A stretch of DNA of 64,000 nucleotides. Source: Macrostomum lignano (lineage: Eukaryota). Each line of letters starts with the position of its first letter. Position 1 is the first letter of the stretch. The stretch lies in contig NIVC01000006.1 in assembly GCA_002269645.1 (NCBI GenBank), forward strand, positions 1,046,055 through 1,110,054, written 5' to 3'. The notes below the pieces were generated by a model. The model did no database searches. It had not been told where the DNA came from and saw only the letters and a list, made by a program, of their open reading frames with translations. Position numbers and translations under genes: made by a program. This document shows, piece by piece, positions 28,730-41,457 of the stretch.

Positions 28730-31700
28730 TCTATATACTAAAGCTGACGTCGTGGTCCGGTGGTAGGGTGGGCCGGTGGGCCGGGTTTGTCGACGATCTC
28801 CTCCTAGGATTCTTGCAACTCAACTTTCAAACCGGTACCAAAACATGTCAAATGTCCCGACGATGCTACAATTTAAAATTCATTTTCAAATTTCAATTTT
28901 AAGTGCTTCAAAAAAGCAGAAAACAGCACAAACCAGACAGCCAGACCAGATGTCTATATATCGCATTCCATGGACTTCCCACTTGACGCTATTTTGTATG
29001 GTTGCGCCACAACTTTTCTCCTATCTCTGCAGTGTATTTCATTTCAGCTGGGGGAGGGTCGCCGGCACTTGAGAATTGGCGGCCTACTTGCTCAGTGTTA
29101 AAAAGGGGTGGAGGTGCACACTGCGCGAGAATGGATGGCTTGATTTTTTAACTCATCACAGAGTGTACATTGCGCTCTGCAAGTAAGAAACGGGAAAACT
29201 TGCACCTTAATTTCTGCTTTTAATTTTCAAGCTACAGAAAAGTGAATCACACCGTTGGAAAGAGTTTGAAAAACTGAACAGAATGGTATAATTTTCTGTT
29301 CCGAAATCTCAACTGCATCAGAGCAATTTGTCATAGAAAATTTCTTGATTTCAATTGTGAAAACGTTAAGTGGCTGGGGAGGGGTTTCATTAATTTCAAT
29401 TCTGACTGTGCAATGCACAAGCCTAGACTCTCCCTGTGCATTTGGGGAGGTGCATGGGCTATAGACTGATTTTCATATTGAGTGATTGGCTGGAGATAAT
29501 ATTGAGATTAAATAAATGAATCACCGCAGTGTAAACTGCTTTTTTGACCCCCAATAACCTTCTTTTGCCACTCTGCCTGGGGCTTCAGCCAGTTTGTAAA
29601 AATAGCCACCCCAACCTCCGCCCGCGGGCCGCTGTGTATTGAGGGGTGGTGGGTGCGCGTGTTCTACGTTCAATGCAAATAAAACCCCCCGCGTGTTGGC
29701 GGGTTGAGTTAAATTTAATGCTTCCCCCGTAACGGGGGGTTGGGCTTGGACTGAGTGTACATAGCTGTTGTACAGTGTAAAAAGATAGATAGAACTGTGC
29801 CGAGATTCAATTGGTTTTATTATCGGCCCTGTGTATTAGCTGGGCAGTGAAATTCAATGAATAAACTTGCGAGCTTCTCTAGCAAGAAGTCGGGAAATCG
29901 GTAAATTTCAAACGCTAACTGTTCCTCGAGTTTTAAACTTTGAGAGGAGAAACTTATATTGCTGGAAAGATCTTGCAACGCTGAGTTCGGGGATATAAGT
30001 TGTTTGCTTTAAATATGAAAAGAAAAAGCGCAGCATTTGAAAAACTATTTCCATACTTTTAACTTTCTGCAAAAATTGTACTCAGTTTTGCGAGACGTAA
30101 TAGATAAAGTTGGGGGAGGGTTCAACTTCTCACTGCTGCTGTGTATTGGAGGGTTGATTTAGATTGACTGACTGACTGTGAAATCAGTTGCGCAATGAAT
30201 TGATTCAATTAGTTCAATATTTTTATCGGTGCCTTTTAACACAAACCTGTGCGTAGTTCTAACCCTAACCCTAACCCTAACCCTAACCAATGAATCCGGA
30301 GAGTTGAGTTGTTTGACGGAAAAAATTCGATTGAGTCCAGTTTAGCGGAGACGATTTCAATGTTTTAATTTTGACGAAGAGGATTTCTGTTTCGTGGAGA
30401 GGATTTCGATGGCGTTCACTTTCGTGGAAAGGATTTCGATGATGTTCAGTTTCACGGAGAGGATTTCGATGATGTTCAGCTTCACGGAGAGGATTTCTGT
30501 TTCGCGGAGATAATTTATGATTGATTTCTGTTTTATGGAGACCATTTTGATGGATTTAAGTTTCAAGGAGAGGATTTCGAAGGAGTCCAGTTTCACGGAG
30601 AGGATTTCGATGGTTTTCAGTTGCACGGACAGGATTTTTCTGCTTCGCGGAGAGGATCTTGATGGATTTGGCATCTTCAATCAGTCAGAGAAGAGAGTAA
30701 AGAGAAGAATGAAAAGAGAAGAGAGATGAGATGATAGAAAACAGAGTAGAAATGAATGGAGAGATTAGACATGACAGATGGGAGAGAAGAGGGGAGTAAG
30801 GCGGGAACGAAGGAAGAGAAAAGAGAAGAGGAGAGAGGAGATGAAGGGAGACGATATGAGAGAGGAGATATGAGATAGCAGAGAGGAGACAGGAGAGAAA
30901 AGAAAGGAGGGATAAGAGCGTACAGAGGCAATAGAAGAGAGGAAAGAGAGGAGAGAGGTGAGAGGTGAGAGGAGAGAGATGAAAGATCAGAGATCAGAGA
31001 TTCAAGAGAAGAAAGTAGTGAGGAGAAAGAAGAGGGTAAAGATGAGAGTGCAGAGAGGAGAGAAACGAGAGGAGACAGGTGATAGAAAAGAGTGTAAAAA
31101 AACAGGATATAAGAAAGGAGAGGGTGAGAGTGAGAGCATATAGGAAAGTGTAAAAGGGGAGAGAGAATAGATAAGTGAGTAGAGAAGAGATATGAGAGAG
31201 GAGAGAAGAGAGATTAGAGAAGAGATGAGGGGAGATAAGAGAAGAGGGAATGGAGAGGAGAGAAAAGAGAGGAGAGGAGACAGGTGATGCAGTAGAAAGG
31301 GAAGAAAGATGGTAGATAAGAAAGGAGAGGGTGAGAGCGTATAAGAGATACGAGTAATGAAAGCAGAGAGAAGAGAGAAAAGGGAAGAGAGAAAGTAGAG
31401 CGGAGACGATAGATAAGTGAGTAGAGATGAGATATGAGAGAGGAGAGAAAAGGGGAGAGATAAGAGAGAAGATATGAGAGTAGACAGGAGAGGGTACAGA
31501 CGAAAGGCGAGGGAGAAGAGATAAAAAAGGGAGTAGAGATGAGATATGAGAGAGAAGAGATAAGCGAGAAGAGTAGGAATAGAGGAGAGAGAGAAGCGAG
31601 AGAAGGGAGAGAGGAGGGAGAAGAGAGATGAAAGATCAGAGATGAGAGAGATGAAAGTGTAGAGAGGAGTAATTAGTGAGGAGAAAGAAGAGAGTAAAAA

Positions 31701-31883
31701 TAAAAATCAGAGCGCAGGGCGCAAGAGATGAGAGATGGGAGTTGATAGATTGTAGAGGATTTGGAGATGATTTGGAAGATGGGATTCAATTCATTGAATT
31801 TCAGCTGATAGGAGTTCTTCCCCTTCAGAATTCCGGTGATGGGAGTTCTTCCCCTTTCTCCTCCAGAGGAGGAGTTCCACTCG
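28730..31883 (+). mobile_element. Non-autonomous Helitron E5, a different family
   Basis: TCTATATACTAAAG head; CCCTAA tract 30259-30288; 30-bp repeat ~30384-30660; GA-rich tract ~30686-31770; CTCCTC-CA-GAGGAG hairpin (31858-31871) and CTCG end. Confidence 0.7.
30686..31770. repeat. Purine-rich (GA) low-complexity tract in E5
   Basis: Directly visible. Confidence 0.95.
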
Positions 31884-34800
31884 TCCATATACTAAAAATG
31901 AAAATCTTGCTTGCTTGCTTGTACGAAATCGATTTTCTCCTGAATGGCTGGACCGATTTTCTTCGAACTTGCACTGTTCGATCAGAAATTTTTCCGTGAC
32001 GGTACATGCATCTTGGCTAAGAAATTGCTCAATGTTAAAGGGATTAAATATTCGAAAAACATGCTTTTTTGCAAAGGTCAAGCATTGAAATGCATTGTAA
32101 GAATGCTAGCAGAAAAACTGACTGGTTGAATTCTGATTCTAAAATAGATTGCATCACAATACACAAGACCCTCAATTGAATTGCGTCACAGCGTTGAGTG
32201 TGAAAGCATAGCACAGTACTCAATTTATATTGCGTAACCATATTGTTAACTTTTATAGAGACTGGTACTGACTTGCCTAAGAAATTGATTATGTCATAAC
32301 TCATAACTGCTTCGTGACTTTTTACTCTACCTGACTTTGTGTGAGTGTTGAACTATTTAAGTGGTACAAATTCACTGATAACTTCGATGAGAGCTAGCCT
32401 AGAGCTGAACAGACCAGACTGCTAATGCAGCAACCTGGGTTCGAATCTAAGTGTATGATTAGTAGATTAGTGTCTGAAAAGTAGTAGTGTAAAATTTTTT
32501 ATTAAAAGCTAAATAAAAACACTTAGATTACTGCACTCCATAAGCCAAGGATTATTGCTATTATTAAACCAAGGATTACTGCACTCAAGAAGTCAAGGAT
32601 TATTGCTATTAATAAAACAAGGATTAATGCACTTGATTAATCAAGGATTATTGCTATTAATAAACCAAGGATTACTGCACTCGATAAACCAAGGACTATT
32701 GCTCCTGGCAAACCAAGGATTACTGCACTCAATAAGCCAAGGATTATTGCTATTAATAAACCAAGGATTAATGCACTTTATTAATCAAGGATTATTGCTA
32801 TTAATAAACCAAGGATTACTGCACTCGATAAGCCAAGGATTATTGCTATTAATAAACCAAGGATTACTGCACTTAATAAACCAAGGACTATTGCTCTTGG
32901 CAAACCAACGATTACTGCACTCGATAATTGCCAAGGATTATTGCTATTAATAAACCAAGGATTACTGCACTCGATAAGCCAAGGATTATTGCTATTAATA
33001 AACCAAGGATTACTGCACTCAAGAAGACAAGGATTATTGCTATTAATAAAACAAGGATTAATGCACTTGATTAATCAAGGATTATTGCTATTAATAAACC
33101 AAGGATTACTGCACTCGATAAACCAAGGACTATTGCTCCTGGCAAACCAAGGATTACTGCACTCAATAAGCCAAGGATTATTGCTATTAATAAACCAACG
33201 ATTACTGCACTCGATAAGCCAAGGATTATTGCTATTAATAAACCGAGGATTACTGCACTTGGCAAACCAAGGATTACTGCACTCGATAAGCCAAGGATTA
33301 TTGCTATTAATAAACCAAGGATTACTGCACTCGATAAGCCAAGGATTATTGCTATTAATAAACCAAGGATTACTGCACTTGGCAAACCAAGGATTACTGC
33401 ACTCGATAAGCCAAGGATTATTGCTATTAATAAACCAAGGATTACTGCACTCAATAAACCAAGGACTATTGCTCTTGGCAAACCAACGATTACTGCACTC
33501 GATAAGCCAAGGATTATTGCTATTAATAAACCAAGGATTACTGCACTCGATAAGCCAAGGATTATTGCTATTAATAAACCAAGGATTACTGCACTTGGCA
33601 AACCAAGGATTACTGCACTCGATAAGCCAAGGATTATTGCTAATAATAAACCAAGGATTACTGCACTCGATAAGCCAAGGATTATTGCTATTAATAAACC
33701 AAGGATTACTGCACTTGGCAAACCAAGGATTACTGCACTCGATAAGCCAAAAATTATTGCTATTAATAAACCAAGGATTACTGCACTCGATAAGCCAAGG
33801 TTATTGCTATTAATAAACCAAGGATTACTGCACTTGGCAAACCAAGGATTACTGTACTCGATAAGCCAAGGACTATTGCTATTAATAAACCAAGGATTAC
33901 TGCACTTGATTTATCAAGGATTATTGCTATTAATAAACCAAGGATTACTGCACTTGATTTATCAAGGATTATTGCTATTAATAAACCAAGGATTACTGCC
34001 CTCGATAAGCCAAGGACTATTGCTATTAATAAACCAAGGATTAATGCACTCGATAAGCCAAGGACTATTGCTATTAATAAACCAAGGATTAATGCAACCC
34101 GAACCAAGGATTACTGCACTCGATAAGCCAAGGATTATTGCTATTAATAAACCAAGGATTACTGCACTCGATAAGCCATGGATTATTGCTATTAATAAAC
34201 CAAGGATTACTTACTGCACTTGGCAAACCAAGAATTACTGCACTCGATAAGCCATGGATTATTGCTATTAATAAACCAAGGATTACTGCACTCGATAAGC
34301 CATGGATTATTGCTATTAATAAACCAAGGATTACTGCACTCGATAAGCCATGGATTATTGCTATTAATAAACCAAGGATTACTTACTGCACTTGGCAAAC
34401 CAAGAATTACTGCACTCGATAGCCAAGGATTACTGCGCTTGATAAGCTTGGCTACATGTATAGGATTATTTCTATCCAGGGATGCTTGCTATTTAGGGAT
34501 TCTTGCTATGTGCAGGATGCTTGCTATCTGGAAGGATGCTTCTACATTATTTGGGGGATGCTTGCTATCTGGAAGGATGCTTCTACATTATTTGGGGTAT
34601 GCTTGCTATCTGCAAGATGCTTGCTATCTGCAGATGCTTGCTATCTGCAGATGCTTGCTATCTGGGTAGATGCTTGCTAGGAGTATTAGGGGATGCTTGC
34701 TACTGGGGGGATGCTTGCTGTCTTGGGAATATTTTCTATTTAGGGGTAATGACTAAAATTTATGAGAGCTAGCCTAGAGGTAAACAGACTAAACTGCTAA

Positions 34801-36416
34801 ATGCAGGGACGATGGTTCGAATTTTTAGAGAGTAGAGTTTTTTTTTAATTAAAGCTTTTTAACGCCAAGACAAAAAAAATTATGGAAGCGTAATGTAAAA
34901 AATCATAAAATCGTTATGTAAAAAATCATAGAAGCGTCATGCAAGCAATCATAGAAGCGTAATGTAAACAATCATAGAAGCGTCATGTTAAAATCATAAA
35001 AGCGTCATGTAAACAATCATACAAGTGTCATGTAAACAAGCATAGAAGAGTCATGTTAACATAGAAGCGTCATGAAAAAATCATAGAAGCCTCATATAAA
35101 AACTAATGAAAGTGTCATTTAAAAAATTAAGAAGCATCATGGAAGAATAAAAGAATCGTCATGTAAAAATCAAAAGAAGCGTCATGTCAGACATGAAAGA
35201 AGTGTCATATAAAAATTAAATGAAGCTATAGTGCTGTGTTGGGGAGAATTACTGAGACGTCAAGGCTCACAGAGAATAACTGAGATTACAGGGGGGTTTC
35301 TGAGATGTTAAAGCAAAAGTCAGAAGCTACTTCAAGTTCATGTACTTTACTTAAGTTTTTTTATTGCATTCTTTGTTGGCTCGCCCAGGAGGGGGCGCTG
35401 ATAGAAGAAGAGTCATGTAAAAAAGAAAAGAAGCACTATGTATACATAAAATAAAAGTCATGTCAAAGTTAAAAGATTCATTTGGGAATTGCTACGATGT
35501 CAAAGCTTGGAGGGAATCGTTATAGTGCTGTGATTCTTAAAGAAGGAATCATTTAAATGCCAAGGCTTAGGGAAGAAGAATTGCTGTGATTTCAAGGCTT
35601 TAGGTTGAGTGAAAGTTAGGTTTACGTCAGGTTTGGGTTGAGGGTTAGATTTTAGCGGGTTTCAAGGTTAACAGGGGATTTTTCAGATATCACGGTTTAT
35701 GGGGGGCATCGCTGACATGTCAAGGCTTACGAGGGGAATCTATCTAGCTATCTATCTATCTATAGCTGAGATGTCAAGGCTCACGGGGGAATAAATGAGA
35801 TGTCAAGGCTAATGTCAGAAGCTACATGTAGTTTATTGGAAAAAAGTTATTACATTATTTGTTGGCTCCTCACGGGAGGGATCGCTGATAGAAAAGGCGT
35901 AATGTAAAAAATAAAAGAAGCTTCATGTCGAAGTTAAGAGATTCATTTGGGAATCCCTACGATGTCGAGGCTTGCAGGGAATCGCTATAATGCTGTAGTA
36001 GTGCTATAATGACTCTTAGAGAGAATTACTGAAATTTCAATGCTTTAGGGTTAGGGTTAGGGTTAGAAAGTAGACAGATTTTTTAAGATTTCAAGGCTTA
36101 TGGGAGCATCGCTGAGACGTCAAGGGGGGAGTTGATATGTTAAGGCTTGTGGGGGGGATTGCTGACATGTCAAGGCTTACAAGGGTACTGGTAGCGTACT
36201 GAAGCATACTGGTAGAAGTAGCTCTGAAAGAAGGCAAGTATTGTTGAATTTCAATGTCTGTTATAAAATTCTGCACAAGCATGTTTTATTGGTACATCAG
36301 CCTGGAATTAAAATGAGAATTCGATTCCTAGCCCCCCTCCCTAAGAATTTTTTTTCATTTTAAAGGATTCGTCCCTTGCTTATTGGCCACCCCGAAGGGG
36401 GGCGCTAGATTGCTAG
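31884..36416 (+). mobile_element. Non-autonomous Helitron E6 (chimeric; two tRNA-like cassettes, three satellites)
   Basis: TCCATATACTAAAAATG head; 24-bp satellite 32525-34440; satellite C 34478-34722; second cassette ~34761; satellite A 34878-35097; CCCC-GAA-GGGG hairpin then CTAG at 36413-36416. Confidence 0.85.
32525..34440. repeat. 24-bp satellite D with alternating subunits (CCAAGGATTATTGCTATTAATAAA / CCAAGGATTACTGCACTCGATAAG)
   Basis: Directly visible; source of the LLLINQG-repeat ORFs. Confidence 0.97.
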
Positions 36417-39400
36417 TCCTATATACTAAAAATGGTCTGTCTGTGTCTATCTATCTATCTATCTATGTGATCGATTAGAGAAAAAATGGCTGGACCGATT
36501 TTCTTCGAACTTGCACTGTTCGATCAGAAATTTTCCCGTGACGGTACATGCATCGTGGCTAAGAAATTGCTCGATGCTAAAGGCATTAAATATTCGAAAA
36601 ACATGCTTTTTTGCAAAAGTCAAGCAAACTTTTCGACTTGAAATGCATTGTAAGAATGCTAGAGAAAAAACTTACTGGTTGAATTCTGATTCTGAAATAG
36701 ATTGCATCATAACTGAATTGTAACTCCGACTTGAATTGGAAATGCAGTGTGAAAGCGTAGCACCAGACTTGATTTAAATTGCGTAACCATATTGTTAACT
36801 GATACCGACTGACTGAAAAACTGATTATGTCATAACTGCTTCGTGTGATTTACTCTATGCTTGGATTTTAAAGTGTTGAATTATATAAGTGCAAAATTTG
36901 ATGTTATCAAAACGATGAGAGCTAGCCTAGAGGTGAACAAACTGAACTGCTAAATGCAGTTTGGTTCGAATTGGTTCGAATTTTCATAGAGTATAATTTT
37001 TTTAATTAAAGCTTTTCAACGTCAGGAAAACTAAAAGACTTTTTAAAAAGAAGCGTCATGTAAAAATCGTAGAAGCGTCATGTAAAAAATCATAGAAGCG
37101 TCATGTAAACAATCATAGAAGTGTCATGTAAAAAATCATAGAAGCGTCATATAAAAATCATAGAAGCGTCATTTAAAAAATCATAGAAGCGTCATGTAAA
37201 CAATCATAGAAGCGTCATGTAAAAATCATAGAAGCGCCATGTAAAAAATCATAGAAGCGTCATGTAAACAATCATAGAAGCGTCATGTAAACAATCATAG
37301 AAGCGTCATGTAAAAAATCATAGAAGCGTCATGTAAACAATCATAGAAGCGTCATGTAAACAATCATAGAAGCGTCATGTAAAAAATCATAGAAGCGTCA
37401 TGTAAACAATCATAGAAGCGTCATGTAAACAATCATAGAAGCGTCATGTAAACAATCATAGAAGCGTCATGTAAACAATCATAGAAGCGTCATGTAAAAA
37501 ATCATAAAAGCGTCATGTAAAGAATCGTAGAAGCGTCATGTAAACAATCATAGAAGCGTCATTTAAAAAATCATAGAAGCGTCATTTAAAAAATCATAGA
37601 AGCGTCATGTAAACAATCATAGAAGCGTAATGTAAAAAATCATAGAAGCGTCATGTAAACAATCATAGAAGCGTCATGTAAACAGTCATAGAAGCGTCAT
37701 GTAAAAAATTATAGAAGCGTCATGTAAACAATCATAGAAGCGTCATGTAAACAATCATAGAAGCGTCATGTAAACAATCATAGAAGCGTAATTTAAAAAA
37801 TCATAGAAGCGTCATGTAAACAATCATAGAAGCGCCATGTAAACAATCATAGAAGCGTCATGTAAAAATCATAGAAGCGTCATGTAAACAATCATAGAAG
37901 CGTCATGTAAAAAATCATAGAAGCGTCATGTAAAAATCATAGAAGCGTCATGTAAACAATCATAGAAGCGTCATGTAAACAATCATAGAAGCGTCATGTA
38001 AAAAATCATAGAAGCGTCATGTAAACAATCATAGAAGCGTCATGTAAACAATCATAGAAGCGTCATGTAAACAATCATAGAAGCGTAATTAAAAAAATCA
38101 TAGAAGCGTCATGTAAAAAATCATAGAAGCGCTATGTAAACAATCATAGAAGCGCTATGTAAACAATCATAGAAGCGTCATGTAAACAATCATAGAAGCG
38201 TCATGTAAAAATCATAGAAGCGTCATGTAAACAATCATAGAAGCGTCATTTAAAAAATCATAGAAGCGTCATGAAAAAATCATAGAAGCGTCATGTAAAC
38301 AATCATAGAAGCGTCATGTAAACAATCATAGAAGCGTCATGTAAACAATCATAGAAGCGTCATGTAAAAAATCATAGAAGCGTCATGTAAAAAATCATAG
38401 AAGCGTCATGTAAAAAATCATAGAAGCGTCATGTAAACAGTCATAGAAGCGTCATGTAAAAAATTATAGAAGCGTCATGTAAACAATCATAGAAGCGTCA
38501 TGTAAACAATCATAGAAGCGCAATTTAAAAAATCATAGAAGCGTCATGTAATCAATCATAGAAGCGCCATGTAAACAATCATAGAAGCGTCATTTAAAAA
38601 ATCATAGAAGCGTCATGTAAACAATCATAGAAGCGTCATGTAAAAAATCATAGAAGCGTCATGTAAACAATCATAGAAGCGTCATGTAAACAATCATAGA
38701 AGCGTCATGTAAAAAATCATAGAAGCGTCATGTAAACAATCATAGAAGCGTCATGTAAACAATCATAGAAGCGTCATGTAAAAAATCATAGAAGCGTCAT
38801 GTAAACAATCATAGAAGCGTCATGTAAACAATCATAGAAGCGTCATGTAAACAATCATAGAAGCGTCATGTAAACAATCATAGAAGTGTCATGTAAAAAA
38901 ATCATAGAAGCGTCATGTAAAGAATCGTAGAAGCGTCATGTAAACAATCATAGAAGCGTCATTTAAAAAATCATAGAAGCGTCATGTAAAAAATCATAGA
39001 AGCGTCATGTAAACAATCATAGAAGCGTAATGTAAAAAATCATAGAAGCGTCATGTAAACAATCATAGAAGCGTCATGTAAACAGTCATAGAAGCGTCAT
39101 GTAAAAAATTATAGAAGCGTCATGTAAACAATCATAGAAGCGTCATGTAAACAATCATAGAAGCGTCATGTAAACAATCATAGAAGCGTAATTTAAAAAA
39201 TCATAGAAGCGTCATGTAAACAATCATAGAAGCGCCATGTAAACAATCATAGAAGCGTCATTTAAAAAATCATAGAAGCGTCATGTAAACAATCATAGAA
39301 GCGTCATGTAAAAAATCATAGAAGCGTCATGTAAACAATCATAGAAGCGTCATGTAAACAATCATAGAAGCGTCATGTAAACAATCATAGAAGCGTCATG

Positions 39401-40741
39401 TAAAAAATCATAGAAGCGTCATGTAAACAATCATAGAAGCGTCATGTAAACAATCATAGAAGCGTCATGTAAACAATCATAGAAGCGTAATTAAAAAAAT
39501 CATAGAAGCGTCATGTAAAAAATCATAGAAGCGCTATGTAAACAATCATAGAAGCGCTATGTAAACAATCATAGAAGCGTCATGTAAACAATCATAGAAG
39601 CGTCATGTAAAAATCATAGAAGCGTCATGTAAACAATCATAGAAGCGTCATTTAAAAAAACATAGAAGCGTCATGAAAAAATCATAGAAGCGTCATGTAA
39701 ACAATCATAGAAGCGTCATGTAAACAATCATAGAAGCGTCATGTAAAAAGCATAGAAGCGTCATGTAAAAAATCATAGAAGCGTCATGTAAAAAATCATA
39801 GAAGCGTCATGTAAAAAATCATAGAAGCGTCATGTAATGAATCATAGAAGCGTCATGTAAACAATCATAGAAGCGTCATGTAAAAAATCATAGAAGCGTC
39901 ATGTAAACAATCATAGAAGCGTCATGTGAAAAATCATCGAAGCGTCATCTAAAAAATCGTAGAACCGTCATGTAAGAAATCATAGAAGCGTCATGTAAAA
40001 ATCATAGAAGCGTCATGAAAAAATCATAGAAGCCTCATTTAAAAAGTAATGAAAGTGTCATTTAAAATATTAAGAAGCATCATGGTAGAATAAAAGAAGC
40101 GTCATGTCAGACATGAAGGGTGTCATGTATAAAATAAATGAAGCTATAATGCTGTGCTGGGGAGAATTACTGAGATGTCAAGGCTCTCAGAGAATAACTT
40201 AGATTACGGGGGGGGTTCTGAGATGTCAAAGCAATAGTCAGAGGCTATTTCAAAGTTCATGTACTTTACTCAATTTTTTATTGCATTCTTTGTTGGCTCG
40301 CCACGGGGGGGGGGCGCTGATAAAAAAGCGTAATGTAAAAAATAAAAGAAGCTTCATGTCGAAGTTAAGATATTCATTTGGGAATCCCTACGATGTCGAG
40401 GCTTGCAGGGAATCGCTATAATGCTGTAGTAGTGCTATAATGACTCTTAGAGAGAATTACTGAAATTTCAATGCTTTAGGGTTAGGTTAGGGTTAGGGTT
40501 AGGCTAGGGTTAGGGTTAGAAGGTTGACAGATATTTTTAGATTTCCAAGGCTTATTGGGGGCATTGCTGAGATGTCAATGGGGGAAGTTGATGTGTTAAA
40601 GCTTGTGGGGGGGAGTTATTGACATGTCAAGGCTTACAAGGTTTGACAGGAGATTTTTTAAGATTTCAAGGAAATATGTAGCTTATTAAAAAACGTGTAT
40701 TGCATTTCTTTGGCTCCCCAACGGGGGGCGTAGATTGCTAG
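36417..40741 (+). mobile_element. Non-autonomous Helitron E7, near-identical head to E2, with a 3-kb satellite A
   Basis: TCCTATATACTAAAAATG head; TTAGGG 40476-40519; hairpin then CTAG at 40738-40741. Confidence 0.88.
37047..40040. repeat. Satellite A, ~3 kb, containing a ~1.4-kb higher-order duplication
   Basis: Rare variant monomers recur 1400 bp apart (37521/38921; 37681/39081). Confidence 0.95.
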
Positions 40742-41112
40742 TCCTATATCTAAATATACTATCTAAATATACTAAATCTCTAAGGTTTGTATGTTTGAAT
40801 GAATGTCCATAACGCTCTAGAGACTGCAATTCTTCACCGATTTTGATCGCGTTTTCGCCAAAAGATTCGTAATCAGCCTGGGATTGTATGGTTAAAATTT
40901 CTTGTATCTGCTTCAATGCTAAAGGGATTAAATATTCGAAAAACTGTTTTAAATGGCCTTTTTCAATGCAAATTTTATCAGCCAGAAACTTCACTGCCAA
41001 TTTTAAATTGATTGCGCCAGAGCCAACTGATAAGAAAACTCACTCCGCTCCACTTAAAGGGGGGCAATAAAAAAATTATTCTGGCTGCTGGCAGCCAGCT
41101 CTAATTAGCTAG
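40742..41112 (+). mobile_element. Mini-Helitron E8 (371 bp)
   Basis: TC start; perfect hairpin CTGGCTGC-TG-GCAGCCAG (41081-41098); CTAG at 41109-41112. Confidence 0.88.
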
Positions 41113-41457
41113 TCTAAATATACTAAATCTCTAAGGTTTGTATGCTTGAATGTCCATAACGCTCTAGAGACTGCAATTCTTCACCGATTTTGATCGCGTT
41201 TTCGCCAAAAGATTCAAAATTGTCTGGAAAGAAGACAGTTAAAATTTCTTGTATCTGCTTCAATGCTAAAGGGATTAAATATTCGAAAAACTGTTTTAAA
41301 TGGCCTTTTTCAATGCAAATTTTATCAGCCAGAAACTTCACTGCCAATTTTAATTGATTGCGCCAGAGCCAACTGATAAGAAAACTCACTCCGCTCCACT
41401 TAAAGGGGGGCAATAAAAAATTATTCTGGATGCTGGCAGCCAGCTCTAATTAGCTAG
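41113..41457 (+). mobile_element. Mini-Helitron E9 (345 bp), tandem sister of E8
   Basis: TCTAAATATACTAAATCTC head; same hairpin with one mismatch; CTAG at 41454-41457. Confidence 0.88.

Noticed and set aside
32555-34422. 130-290-aa LLLINQG-repeat ORFs and other satellite ORFs (23513-25963, 42333-42533, 44781-45343)
   Set aside because: Stop-free frames of tandem repeats; no splice or start context.
22396-40519. True chromosome end or telomere fusion
   Set aside because: Tracts are short, degenerate and flanked by identical element sequence on both sides.
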